DNA of 64,000 bases from Eledone cirrhosa (Eukaryota). Shown here piece by piece: positions 38,409-52,374 of the stretch. Below the pieces are notes generated by a model, which did no database searches, was not told the DNA's origin, and was given only the letters and a program-made list of their open reading frames with translations. Within the stretch, counting starts at the first letter, position 1; every line of letters starts with the position of its first letter. The translations under genes and the position numbers were made by a program. The stretch is from assembly GCA_964016885.1 (NCBI GenBank), contig OZ024740.1, forward strand, positions 165,354,001 through 165,418,000, given 5' to 3'.

Positions 38409-41400
38409 TTATAAGAAAGCGATTTAAATATATTCATACACAGATAAGTGTGCACTAAGACATCAAAACATAGAACTAGAGACAATCTACCCGTAACTCC
38501 TGAGAGAGTCATGATAAATTCGCGTTAAAGCATACAGACGCCAGAAAATGTACTCGTTAGTGTAAATGTATATATAGCTGAAGCGTCACCATTGAATTGA
38601 GGAATTGAGTAGCGAAACATAGAGCTAAGATTGTCAGCTTTCAGCTTCTACAGAAATTGCATGTGTGTATGTTTGTGTATATGAGCGCATGTATATTCGT
38701 GTGCGTGTGTAATGATACATGCATACATACAAATTTCTTTCTATCTCTTCATAACTCCCTACATCTCTTATTCTCTTTCATTTTCTGTCGATCACTTACT
38801 CACGCATAATGAAATACACTATAATCACATCACACCACACACTTTCGCAGCAATCAACCTCTGTCCTTTCTTCTTTTTATTTTCATTTCATTTCCCCTTA
38901 CATTTATTCCAATCTCCCAGCCCTCACACAACGCACTTCTAACCTGTTGAGAGACTTCTCTTTGTACTCTCTTTGTTGCTGACGAACTAACACCGTTTAC
39001 AAAGCAAAATCTTGTACGGTTTTTACGTTTGTTTGGAAGCCAAACGAACTAATTCAGTTTGTACGCTGTCGTACGATCATCCAAAAATAACAGCCTAATT
39101 CTCTAAAATTAAAACCTAGCTAGTAAAGACACAATGGATATACCCAGAAGGGTTTGGTCATTTGTCTGTTCGGTAGGCGGTGAATTATCAGATTCGTCAG
39201 AGCGTAGAACAAAAAAGCCTTGTGATATTTGTTCCGGATGTCTGAGTTCATATCCCACAGTCCCCAGATTTGCCTTCATCCTTCTTGGAGTGATGAAATA
39301 AGGAAACACTCAAGGGAGGTAGAACAGCGAAATTTTAGAACGCTGGACAAAATGCCTTAAGGTATATTTTCAGTTTCCTTATCTTCTGATTAAATTTATC
39401 TCCCGGTTTATCGCCTCCACCTGGTTTGGGGGTTTCTTAAGTGCAACTTATTCAATAGGAAGGATTTGACTCAAGTTGACTGGTTGAGGATACCTTCCTC
39501 TCTCACACAGGTTTGAAAGGCCCTCTCACTCTCTCTCTAAGTAGTAGAAAAATCAGGATTTAATTTGTGGCTCACCAAACATACTGTTAAACCATTGGGG
39601 AATCTAATGTATGATCTTCCTCTCTTCTAGAAACAGCAAGCAAATCTCCCGCATTTCACGCTTATCTTAAAAACGTAAATGTGTGAATAAGATATATAAC
39701 TGGAATGTTATGGGACACAAGTCAACGAAATTAGAGCTGATCTAGAACTGTGCAATGACAACACTGTAATTTGTGTTGTGTGTGGGGAGTTAAGTCACAA
39801 ACAGCTTTTCTTTCAAACATCATATTTTGAAGATATGACTGTTCTTGTTTAAATATTTTTATGCAAGATTTCACATAGTTCCTTATTAGCCCTTTAAATT
39901 GAAAAAGAAAACTCATTCTCAATGTTATGAGCCCGAGAATGCATTCCGAAATTAGGCGATGTAGAAACGCTATTGTTAGAAAATATACTAAATTCACTTA
40001 TTAAGTAATGAGGAAAAGCTTTAAAAAATTATATTAAACTTGAACACAATTGTTTTCTATATGGTGGCTGTCAACTCATTATTGATTATGACCAATTTGG
40101 GGCTAAAATGGGCTAAAATTCCACCACATAGAGAACGGTGGGATTTAAACAGACGAAGGATAACTGGAAAATCGCTACTGCATCCGGAAGGAGGAGGTAG
40201 TCAACATCAACCAAAGCAACAACAAGCTACTTTCCATTTCCACAGCATCATCTTATACAATTGTGATGATGTGCATCTGTGCGAAGAAAAGAAATACTTC
40301 TCCGTCGTCTGAAAAGAAAAATAGAAAAACAACAAAACGTTATAAACGTGAATCAGAACGAGTGATGAGTAACTCTAGTAAAGAGGTATCCATCTCTGTG
40401 TGTGAAAGGGAGCTTATAACCCGCAAAGTGGCGCCTAAATTTTACCCGTTTTATTTAAAGTTTACAGGTCTTCGCCAAGCTAACAAAATACTGGTCACTG
40501 ATGCATATCAAAAGCTCCACGATTTTCCAACCAATGAACAACAGAAAAGCCAGTGAAATGATTTATTAAAAACGATGTGCTCCTAGAATGTCAACCATAT
40601 TGTGCATCTTAATCAAACGCAGAGCATGAACCTCTATTTAACATCGAATTTATACCCAATATGTATTTTTGTTCGAAATACAAGAATGAGACTTGACTGC
40701 TACTTACCTCGTTGGGAGAATTAGCCGCATATTTATTATGGCTATTATGTGAGTGAATCTCAGAAGCAGTAGAGCATTAGATAGGCAGAGGGCCTGTGGT
40801 ATTTAGTTCCTTTAAATTCCAAGTTTATATTCTTCTGCTGAGGTCAAAATTGGATTTTATTCTCACACACACCGGGCTGGATAAAGACTAGTCCAGTACG
40901 GGATTCCATCAAATCGTCTCTACTATACCCACTGTGTTCTTTTGGGAATGTTAGATATAATTGTGTTCTATTTTCTCATCTCCTTCTTCCTCTTTACAAG
41001 TTATATATCAGTACATATCTTATCTTCTTGATAAATATATTGCCTCTCTTCAGACGCAGCATAAAGAAAGGTCAAAATGTGGAGGAATGGGCGGTTATTC
41101 ACATGTTGTATTTCCGAAATCTATGTGTGAGGTCTAGCATCACAAACGTTAGGTTCCAAACAAACATATCAAAATCCTTCTCGGTCCTGCTCTGTCAACA
41201 TAGTTTGGGTCCTGAATTTGAATTTTGAACGAGATTTCATATCACTATCACTAAATATAATTAATAAATATAATTGCTAATCTGGAAATTACGACTGAAA
41301 AGGAATTTTTAATATTGCCTTCGTATAAGAAATATTATCTTAGCCTGTGGGATATTGTTATTCTTTGTGTGGTTGGCGGTGGAGGTGATAGATTTACTGG

Positions 41401-41584
41401 TCATGTGGTGCTGTTGTTTTTTTTTGTGGTTAGTGTTGGTAATATGATTGATGCTGTTATTGAGTTTGAAACTTAACACATCCATTACTCAAAGTTACAC
41501 GCAGACATATCAACATAGTTACATATACATACACGTAGACAAACATAACTCCACCGTGTATACGTAGATGTATGTATATGGTGG

Positions 41585-43510
41585 TCTGGCTTCGCGAACG
41601 AAGATAATAGGTACGATCGTGGCTGTTCAGTTACGGCCGCAGTGGCTGCAGCTGAAGGTCTGGTCAGAGTTTGACGACTAATGTTGTAGTTATTCCTCTT
41701 GCGACATTGTCCTCGAAGGTGGCCCTTTGGGTATTTTCAAACATCAGCATGGTTGATGGTGAGATATCAAGCGTCATGGTCATCAGCTAGGGTGGACCAG
41801 TGCTGATGGTCGATGTGAATGTCACCAAGGGATTTTTCAAACCGTCCTTGTATCGCTTCATTGGTGTCCTTCTGTCACAATATCCAATGGAGGGTTTGTA
41901 TTACAATGTGATCCCGGGCAGACGATGATCCTTCATCCCGTAGACATGTCCTGTTCAGCGTAGTTGAGACTTCAGCAGCATGCCTCGATGCTGGTGACCT
42001 CCGTCCGTTCTAGGACCTCAATGTCGGTGACGATGTCATTCCAGTGAATGTTCAGGATAAGGCGGGGGCAGCGCTGGCAAAAGCGCTCGAGGAGTCCAAG
42101 GGGTAGACGATAAGTGACCCACGAGTCAGAGCCACACAGGAGGATGGTAAGGACTACTGCTCTATACACGCTGCTTTTGAGACCCTTCTTCGGATATTTT
42201 TTCTCCACGCGGTTGTACAGTCTGCCAAATGCATTGTTCCCTTTTACCAGTCTGTTCTTGATTTCCCTGTCGACCTTGACATCCATTCTGATGGTGCAAT
42301 GATGTAGGTGAATCAATGGATCATTTTCGATTCAGTCTGACCTACGATGATATGGGGAAGGCAGTACTCTTCTCGAGGTGCAGGCTGGTGGAGAACCTCC
42401 GTCTTCTTTAAGATGACTTCTAGCCTAAAGAGCTGGCCATCCTCTGTGAGAGAACTAAAAACATGTCTGGGCTGCTCTTATTGGCTCACTGGGAGCTATT
42501 TTTCAGCAATGTTTGGTACCAGTCAGTTCAAAAGAATCCTTACGAGGATTTCTCCCACGATTGAGAACAGAGTAAACCAATGGTAGTTTGAGCAGCCTGA
42601 TTTTTCCTTTTTGTTCTCGTACGATGTTAATGAATACATTGCGGCGATCTTGTGGTAAATTGCTCTTCTCCAACCAATACACAGATTGCTCTTGGAATTT
42701 TGCATGCAACGCTGGACCCCATGTTTCTAAATCTCTGGTGAAATTCGCTCGACTCCTACTGCTTTGCCACTCTTTAAATGCTCTATGGCTTTAGCGGTCT
42801 TTTCAGTGGTGGGGAACTGATCCAGTTTAGCTTTTACTGCTAACGTCAAGTTAAATGACCTGTTGGCAGCTTTTCAAATTTGAAAGTGGTAGAGTTCATG
42901 CCCAAAAGGCGTCTTTCAACTGTTTGTTTGCGTGTCCAGTCGATGGTGTATCCAACGCCGTACATTTGCAGGCTGCCTTCTTCTGAGAAGCGGACTTCAT
43001 TGAGATCAGTGATGATCATTCTTGATAGCTCGTATGTAGTTAGAGCGGAGCACCATTCTGAACGACTGCTATCGACTATATCTAGCATGGTTCTAATGTT
43101 CCAACATGCGACTTTCAGTCTTTTCACACACTTGAAGTGAGTGTGTATTTCTTCTTCCTCGATGTTGTTCGGCAGCATGAGAAAATACTCGTTCATCGCA
43201 GTTTTCGTACTGGGTGTGTAAGAGACGAGCTTTGTTTTGGCCACATTTTCTAAGCCCCATTCCACGTGAAGCAAACAGTAGTGCCCATAAAGAAGGCTGC
43301 TTAATTATTGAGGGTGGGACGATCGATGTTATATTCCCAGCATCAACATTAGGGGAGCAAAATCCTGAACCGGCTGCATGCTGGATTGGGACTGCGACTT
43401 CCAGTGTCAACTTCCACTTGCCTTTCTCATCGCTACAGTATGTGGAGTGGTTGGTATTCATGGACGTGTCCTTCGAGCCTGCGCAGTAGGGTCCTCATCT
43501 CGGACAAGCT
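41585..43510 (-). mobile_element. Internally deleted RTE (BovB-like) LINE
   Basis: APE start LKVACWNIRTMLD..LNEVRFSEEGSL; RT C-terminal AFGRL..VYRAVVLTILLCGSDSW. Confidence 0.8.
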
Positions 43511-44869
43511 CTGTTGAGAGACATTTTCGTATTTTGTGTTCTTTACTCCCTGATATTATCTGTAGAATCACGTTATTTCTTTTCCTTCCAGCAATGATCT
43601 TAATCTCGTAAACATTTGTGTCATGTTATTTTTGCTGCTATTATTTTTCTTGTGTCATGATTGTTGTTGTTGGCGGTTGTAATGGTATCGTTTAGCTCAG
43701 ATTATTTCCGACTTAGAAGGTCAATGATCGAAGGCATTCCGATGATATCCAGCTAGTATCTGTTTTAGTCACTGCACATCTGATCTATGACTGTACAGTG
43801 TCCAATGTGTCGTACCGTTTCAAAAGACGGCAGAGAGTGATTTCATGAAGATTAGTCTGTTATTTCTAGCATGTCAAGTGACAATTTATAGATTTCATCG
43901 TGGAAATTGAAAACACACAACATCGTCTTGTCATATAGATTACGCCCAATTGGCCACTTATCTACTGAGTATATATGCAAAGAAAACAACAACATAAAGA
44001 GGAAAGAAAGGTAGTAAAATAATGTTAAATACTTAAATAGCTACAGTAGTAGCTGTTAACAAGTGGTAATTTTAAAAGCTTCCAATTAAAGAGGAAAAGA
44101 AATACGTACTTTGTCTTTTTGGGAGACGAAAAGCGAAGTAAATAAAAAGAAAATGACAGTATGATGGGGAGAGAAAGAAAATGAGAAATATATACAGAGA
44201 TAGCGGTAATCATGGAAGTCATTAAAATAGTTTTCCTTGATCGTTTCCAAATAAGAAATATATGTTTAAGAACGGTAAAACTGTTCAGACGGTTTTAATT
44301 AGGCGGTACTTGTAATGAACACCAGAAAATCGAGTCAAAACAAGTCAACGATGATTTTATTGTCTGAAATTCACAGACATAGATACAAATTATTGAAACA
44401 AACCACATGAAAGAAACATCTAGATGCCATCACCTATGTTATTTATCACTGTCATTAAGTTCCTTCCTCAGCGTCAACAATACTAACAGGAGTTTACAGT
44501 AACAACGGAAGTGCCGAGAAAAATATTTTTTCGTGTAAAGTTACACGCCTTTAGCTTATAACATTTCACTTGCGTCGACAAAATAAATAGAAGTACAAGT
44601 TCATGTAATGACAATAATTCAATTTATTATTTACAATCAGTATTTCTGAAAAGAGCGAGGGGGAAGTAAGATTGTTCGAGAAACGGGGTAAATATCGTTT
44701 GCAATATTTACACATGTACCTATACATTCTGAGTTCAAGTTTTGCATGTTTCAACTATGGATTTCATCTATTCTGGAGTCGACGTAATATATACCAAGTA
44801 ATGATTAAAAAAATATATTACCAAACCATCAACACCAGTAATATTATTAATGATAATGCTAATAATTCT

Positions 44870-45047
44870 TTCTACTTTTGGCGCAAGGCCAGGAATTACC
44901 CCAGTGTATTACTGGTACTTTATTTTATCAACCCTGTAAGGATGAAAGGCAAAGTTAACCTCGGCGGGATTTGAACTCAGATCATAAAAGGCCGTAACTC
45001 CATGTTACAAAGCATGGTGTGCGACGCTCTACCGATTCTGCCAATCC
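44870..45047 (-). mobile_element. Deu/Nin-like SINE
   Basis: GGATGAAAGGCAAAGTTAACCTCGGCGGGATTTGAACTC; decayed neighbours at about 44720-44800, 45100-45225 and 45530-45748. Confidence 0.8.
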
Positions 45048-45809
45048 AATGTAAGTTAAAGAAGCTTAGTTTAAAGGATAGTGAAATCTATCAGACTATT
45101 TGACTAACCTTCTAGTTATCGACCTCAGAATGATGAAAGACAGTCAACATAGGCAGAATTTAAACTCAGTTAAGCCAAGGCGATTTCCGACACGCTGTAG
45201 TAGTATTTCTACTAATCCACTGCCACAAATTTTAAGTGACACCACAGCGGAGCAAGTAAATCTTCAATAAAAACAGCAGCCAAATCTCTCATAAATAAGA
45301 TTATATTGTTTTAAAATTCGGAACGACATTGGATATCGTAAAAGTAGATACTCGTAAAAAGGCAGTATTGTAATGGCTAGAATGTCTTTGTTCATATATT
45401 TGTTCAAGTAAGGCAAATCTGTTAAGCAGCAGCACTAAAACAACGACAGAACTACTAATTGAAATAATAATAATAATCATGAATTCTACTATAGGCACAT
45501 TTGATAGATCTTTATATTTATTTTCTGAGCTTTCTGAATGCTTTCGAAGAGATGTAACAATCCGATGGAATGCTCATGATTTGCAGCATAGTTACATCCC
45601 TTTATTTTCTGAGTTCAAATTCCTCCGAGGTTTAGCTCTGGCTTTCATCTTTACGGGGTCGATAAAAAAGTACCAGTCACACACTGTGATTGATTTAATT
45701 GACTTTCCTCTCCCCTAAAATTGTTGGCCCTGTGCCTAAATCAGAAAGCTTTATTACTTTCATTACTACTATTATTATTATTTCTTTTTATTTTCCTCAA
45801 TAATTGTTT

Positions 45810-46227
45810 CATTTATTGGTCACATATAAGGGACACTATAACAGACAGGGCAGTGGGGTTTACAATAATATAGAGTAAAAATATTAACAAAACAATTAGC
45901 AACAAAATACCAACAACAGAAATCCCCAATAGGGTGAGGGATACCACCCAAGGGTGACGTTAGAACCCGCCCCCCCCTATCTCCAAGAGCACCCTAGGAG
46001 AGTGTCCCTCTCTACTTCCATCTTTCCAGCCTGCAGGCGGATGTTCAGAGTGAGCCCATTCACACAGGCCATGCTCGCAACAATCACGCACCTTTTAAAA
46101 AAAATGTTCGGGGGCAGGGGAAGCATTTCTCTCTCCACCCTTATCTTCCTTTCCAAGTGGAACTTGAAAAGGTTAACGAGGGCTTGGCCAAAGAGGAAAG
46201 AGCCTGTCTTCAGATCTTTCAGTCGCA
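45810..46227 (-). mobile_element. 3' end of an L1/Tx1-like ORF2 + 3'UTR
   Basis: RLKDLKTGSFLFGQALVNLFKFHLERKIRVERE; AATAAA followed by AAT-rich sequence. Confidence 0.65.
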
Positions 46228-46552
46228 TTATTTTCCTGAATAATAATAACCAAAATAACATTTTTTTTTCAAATATAATATTCATTGCGAAAATTAGTTG
46301 AGAATTTAGCAAATTAGAACACCAATGATTGGTCCTTCATTGTCTAATGAAATAGCACATTAAAATTCCACTGAAGTGCTAGATGATCCACAGAATGTCT
46401 TGAAATAAAGTACATCAGATTAGTGTCAAACTTTGAAGGTTGTGCTAATAAATACACACATAGATATTTGAACACACACATGACTGTTTGTGAAAGTATA
46501 TATAAATGTATGCTAGCTTGATTGAATTGGCATGTGAGTATGTATTTTTCTG

Positions 46553-46596
<44 letters not shown>

Positions 46597-46969
46597 CAGA
46601 CATTCAATCGCGCAAACATACCCCCCCCCCCAGCATACACACACACACACACATATATATCTATATATATATGTGTGTGTGAGTGTGTGGGGGTGGGGGT
46701 GGGGAGGGCGGGGTGTATGTGTATGTGTGTGTGTGTGTATGTGTGTGTGTGTGTGTATGCTTGCGCGATTGAGTGTGTATATATATATATATATACAAAC
46801 TCAATCGCGCAAGCATACACACACACACACGCACACACAGACACACATACACACACGCACGCTCGCACACAAACACAAACACACACTCACACACACTCAC
46901 ACAAAAACACACACATATATATATATAGATATATATGTGTGTGTGTGAGTGTGTGTGTATGTTGGGCCT

Positions 46970-47585
46970 ATTTAAGGAACGCTTCCTGAACAACCAGTCG
47001 ACCTTTAGGTAACCGACAGACGTTTATCCACGAGACTCGCGAGCCCCGTATGGTCCCTCAAGGACTCAAGTATAGACTACTCCATTCACTGGAAAGCCAT
47101 CACTAAGTCCAGGCCATACTCAGCGGGCAATCCCTCGTGTGGACTATGTATTGATGAACGAATAAATATTCTAAAGAGATTACGCAATAGTGATTGCCTA
47201 AACATGAGTAATGAATGGTTCACACCTTATCCACACGTCTGGAAACACCTCGTAGATAATTAGAAACCTACGGATTGAATTACAACAACATCCTAATTTT
47301 CTAATCAACTAGAAATTTTCGGACTTTCGCAGTTATCTCCCTTACACCTCTCGCTCGCAATTTAGTATTGCATGTTTGATGTGATCGGTTCTGCGCATGT
47401 GCTTTCATACGGTTGTCCTTCCTGTTCCGTATATCCATGTCCCTTACGAGCTGAGGATCCGCTAAGGTGAAACAATTGTTCTCGGTATGGTGAACTAACT
47501 GTTGTGTAACCACTTCTACCTAACTCGTCCCATGAACTGAGTGCTCTACCACTACGGATATTACCTCCCAGTGTTCTACAACTCT
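46970..47585 (+). mobile_element. 3' fragment of the 28.9 kb Naiad-like family, with HHR at 47447-47484
   Basis: FKERFLN..VWSLKDSS..CGLCIDERI; CGAG-CTGAGGA..GAAACAATTGTT-CTCG. Confidence 0.8.
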
Positions 47586-47588
47586 ATG

Positions 47589-47669
<81 letters not shown>

Positions 47670-47754
47670 GTGTGTGTATATATACATAAGTGTGTACGTG
47701 TGCATACTTACATATATGTATCAGCTGTGCAAGAGTGAGAAATAAAATTAGATA

Positions 47755-47835
<81 letters not shown>

Positions 47836-47839
<4 letters not shown>

Positions 47840-48055
47840 AGATGAAATAGATATGAGAAAAACCACAGACCCTCCATCTCAACTCACCTTTTGAAAAGCA
47901 GAAGAACTGCGAAACCGGTAAAGGAACCAAATAAATATATATATTTTTTAAAAAAATAAGACTTCAGTTGCATTTTCGATTTCATCTCTTTTTCTTTATA
48001 CTTTCACTCGTGTAGGACACCTCGGTTATTTTTCATTTTGTAAAAAAAACCTCAC

Positions 48056-48062
<7 letters not shown>
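47836..48062 (+). mobile_element. Short solo copy of the Neptune terminal repeat with HHR (47887-47924) and a 13 bp 5' inversion
   Basis: 47849-48062 matches 33831-34040; AAAGAGATGAAAT is the reverse complement of about 47979-47991. Confidence 0.85.
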
Positions 48063-48104
<42 letters not shown>

Positions 48105-48126
48105 AGTATGTATGTATGTATACGTA

Positions 48127-48730
48127 CATGGTGGCTGCCAACTCGTTTTCGAGTACGGCCACTACTTTATATCCATGTAGGAGAACCCCTACCGAAGCGC
48201 TGAACGAGTGTGACTTTTTAGTCCAGCCAGCGACTTGAAACCTCTGGTACAAACACTACACTTGTGACAATTATTGACACATAGTGCTGGGCCCATGGTA
48301 CCATGTGAGGACAAGTGCAGAGAGATCTCCAGATATAAAGCAATGCCTGTGCAGCTTTTATAGTGAGCAAAGGCACTGCACAAAGCCAGTCCCACTCTCA
48401 TAACCAAGATGATATTTACCAAAAAGAAGAACAAGTCAACATCATTGGATACCATCAGGGTTGCAGGTGTTATATCAGAGTTTTCCTTCTCCTAAAATTC
48501 TGCCTTGACAAAGGCTAAGGGGTCATCTCTCCCGGTGATTTTGGATGGCCATTGACTCTTAAGAGCTCCTTTTCCCTTTGACAGGTTTTGTTTTTAGTCC
48601 TGCAGGATGTCCAAAGTCACCCTCCACACCAAGAAACCTTGGTGGGGTTGCCAGTTTAGTCGCCAACGACCCGACCATGAGACAGGTTGTACTGGGATAC
48701 ATGTTACCAGTAGCACCAACTGGTGACCTG
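48127..48730 (-). mobile_element. Short RTE-derived element (5' end + C2H2-like 3' end)
   Basis: GGAGAAGGAAAACTCTGA RTE-type 5' motif; CSVCTRGFKSLAGLKSHTR. Confidence 0.55.
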
Positions 48731-48732
48731 AC

Positions 48733-49788
48733 ATATACGTACATACATATATGTATACAGACGTACAGTAGTATGTATATATATACATACATGCACAGAT
48801 ATATGCACGTATCGGTTTAGCGAACATTTATTATAATGCTCGGTTTGTTTGTTTGTAAACAAACAAACAGCGAAATGAAATTTCGTTTCATTCTATTCCA
48901 TTTATCGTTTTCGGTGTGCCCGGCCGACTGAACTCACTCGATATGCAAATTAGACTGCTCAGCCGTTAATATGCATAAGGAAGTATATACTTTCAGACGT
49001 ATACCATCTGGCAGGAAGGTATACGATGCTGACGATAGCTAATAAGCTTGAAACTAGTACATGGTTCCTGTGTCAGTGTTGAACAAAAAGGCGACGTGGT
49101 TGCCTAAGCACTGTACGGCGTAATTCGGGCTGTTTGTTTGTTTACAAACAAACAAACCGAACATTATAATAAATGTTCGGTAAACCGATACGTGCATATA
49201 TATATATATATCTGTGCATGTATGTATATACATAGTACTGTACATCTGTATACATATATGTATGTACGTATACATACATACATACTTACATTTGAGTAAG
49301 TGTCGTACTAAGAGTGAGAAATGAAATTTCGTTTCATTCTATTCCATTTATCGTTTTCGGTGTGCCCGGCCGACTAAACTCACTCGATACGCAAATTAGG
49401 CTGCTCAGCCGTTAATATGCATGAGGAAAGTATATATTTTTAGACGTTCAACCATCTGGCAGGAAGGTATACGATGCTGACGATAGCTAATAAGCTTGAA
49501 ACTAGTACATCGTTCCTGTGTCAGTGTTGAACAAATAGGTGACGTGGTTGCATAAACACTGTACGGCGTAATTCGGGCTGTTTGTTTGTTTACAAACAAA
49601 CAAACCGAGCATTATAATAAATGTTCGTAAACCGATACGTGCATATATATATATCTGTGCATGTATGTATATATATACATAGTACTGTACGTCTGTATAC
49701 ATATATGTACGTAGGTATACATACATACATACTTACATTATACGTAAGTGCCGTACTAAGAGTGATAAATGAAATTTCGTTTCATTCT
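48733..49788 (+). repeat. Second retrozyme-like array (2 units, 448 bp period) with an inverted 5' piece of about 140 bp
   Basis: HHRs at 49024-49064 and 49471-49513 (ACGATG-CTGACGA-tAGCT aata AGCTt-GAAACTAGTA-CATCGT). Confidence 0.85.
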
Positions 49789-49992
49789 GCTCAGTCAATG
49801 GCAAGATTGAGGACCGAATAAATTAGATTACCGATATAAAAGACACAGAAGCGAAAAGTGAAAGCCAACCAAACAGTGAGTGTGTTCTGTTATTAATTCT
49901 GGCAATATTACACAAATATGACCCTCCCCAAGTATAACAATATTTGTTTCGACACACGATTTCATATCAAAAACCTCGCAAAACTAATTCAT

Positions 49993-50177
49993 CGCCGTTG
50001 GATTCGCAGTATCGGTAGAGAGTCGGACGCCGTGCTTTCCAGCATAGTTACGTCCCTTTACGATCTGAGTTCAAATCCCGCCGAGGTTGACTTTGCCTTT
50101 CATCCTTACGGGGTCGATAAAATAAAATACCAGTAATGCACTGGGTAATTGCTGTCCTTGTGCCTAAATTAGGAACA
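49993..50177 (+). mobile_element. Deu/Nin-like SINE
   Basis: Near-identical to the reverse complement of 2319-2502. Confidence 0.85.
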
Positions 50178-50183
50178 GTTATT

Positions 50184-50246
<63 letters not shown>

Positions 50247-50251
<5 letters not shown>

Positions 50252-51369
50252 ATAATAATAAATTAGAAGACTAAAATCCAAAGAGGGCTCGATAAGGATA
50301 AATATATATCAAATATATAAGAACCATAGAGCAAATATTTATTAAAATAACAGATTAAAGTTTAAGCAAAGAATCACTGCTCGTACGTATATTTGATTGT
50401 TTGGCGTTTTATTTTTTAATATATTCTGGTACATATGGTTCGGCTATGTGTATACGGGAGTTTTGCGTCTGTGTGAGTATGTAGGTTCGTACGTATGTAG
50501 GGCGTGTGTATATGTGTACTTCATGTTTTGGTTGACTTACGTCTCCGAACATTTGTGTATATACATGTACGTATGAGTGTGCGCTTGTTATATACGTATT
50601 TACTTATTTATATACGTTCTATAATTATTTATTTATTTGTATACACACATACACACATATTTATATGTGCGGGGTTTTGTTTACCTATGGTAAGTTTTTG
50701 CGTATGCTTGTGTATGTACGTATTTGTTTGCGTGTATGTGTTTATTTATTTCTATTACTTCGGTATTGTATTTATTTACTTTGTTCTTAACTCTGTAGCG
50801 GAGATTCATTCGGTCTCCTAGTTAGAATTTAGTCTACGACTTCTGCTATACCATTTACGTGGTTTTGTCTTTGCGTACTATTGTTCTCCATGCACCACAT
50901 ATGACGTATTATCTTCGTTTTTTCGTTCATTGCCAGAGAACGTCTCTATGCACCACCTAAGAGAACATTAGTCTACGACCTCTTTTATACCATAAACGTG
51001 GTTCTGTCTTGGCGCGTAATTGTTTTTCACCGCTCCTATTAATGACGTATTATGTTCGTTTTTTCCCCTTGTTTGCCAACGAACGTTTCCACGAACCAAG
51101 TATCGTCTTCCTGTCTTCTTCCGGTTGCAACGTTTTTTGAAATATCCAGTTCTCCGTTTACAGAATGACTTTGCTAGTTTCAGAAGATCCCGTTAAGGGT
51201 GAAAGCAGCGATTCTTTGCTTAAACTTTAATCTGTTATTTTAATAAATATATATATATATATATATTTATTAAAATAACAGATTTGCTCTACGGTTCTTA
51301 TATATTTGATATATATTTTCCTTATCGAGCCCTCTTTGGATTTTAGTCTTCAATTTTATTATTATTACT
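50247..51369 (+). mobile_element. PLE-type 3' remnant with an inverted terminal copy and a broken HHR
   Basis: 50247-50381 inverts 51204-51369; CAGAAGA-tCCC gttaa GGGt-GAAA at 51181-51204; internal duplication of about 150 bp. Confidence 0.6.
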
Positions 51370-51394
51370 ATATATATATATATATATATATATC

Positions 51395-51467
<73 letters not shown>

Positions 51468-51486
51468 AATATATATATATATATCG

Positions 51487-51601
<115 letters not shown>

Positions 51602-51901
51602 ATATATATATATATACATGCCCATACAGAGTCATATGCGTGCTCTAATGTCGACATGTTAGCAAATTATGATTTTGATAGTATATTAGATGCATTAAGC
51701 AGCTTAACGTAAATTTTCCAACTTTGAGGTATAGAGAACAAGCTGATACTGTCCACGTTTTAAACGTTGAGTCGCTTATTTGCCCAAATCTTCGGTCTAT
51801 TTTCATAGCATAAAAATTTGGTAGTTTGAGGAAGTTTACTTTAGGCTAACATACTTACACAACACAGATACACATACACGCACACAAACTCGCAAACACA
51901 C

Positions 51902-52042
<141 letters not shown>

Positions 52043-52111
52043 GTCATCAAGTATGACATTTGTAGGAATTTGTTTTTTTCTAGAAATATCTACAAATTTC
52101 ATATTTGAGAC

Positions 52112-52146
<35 letters not shown>

Positions 52147-52374
52147 GCGTGTGTGTGTATGTGTGTGTGTGTGTGTGAGTGTGTGTGTGTGTGTCTGTGT
52201 TTATATATAAATGTATGTACGTATAGACGAAAGGATATATATATATAAATATATATAAAGTCTTAGAAATATGGGGTGGAGGAGAAAAATTAATGAGGGA
52301 GATGGTCATAAAGAAATGGTTAAAAGAGAGCTTCATCGAATTTTATTAGATAGTTTCAGAAATATATATATATA

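Noticed and set aside
38575-38630. CTGAAGC..GAAAC hammerhead-like spacing
   Set aside because: Core mismatch, no UH triplet and poor stem II; at best a decayed motif
48650-48730. HDV-like ribozyme at the RTE-derived 5' end (CCAGT..CTAA-ACTGG on the minus strand)
   Set aside because: P1, P1.1 and P3 could not be assigned by eye; it needs a covariance-model search
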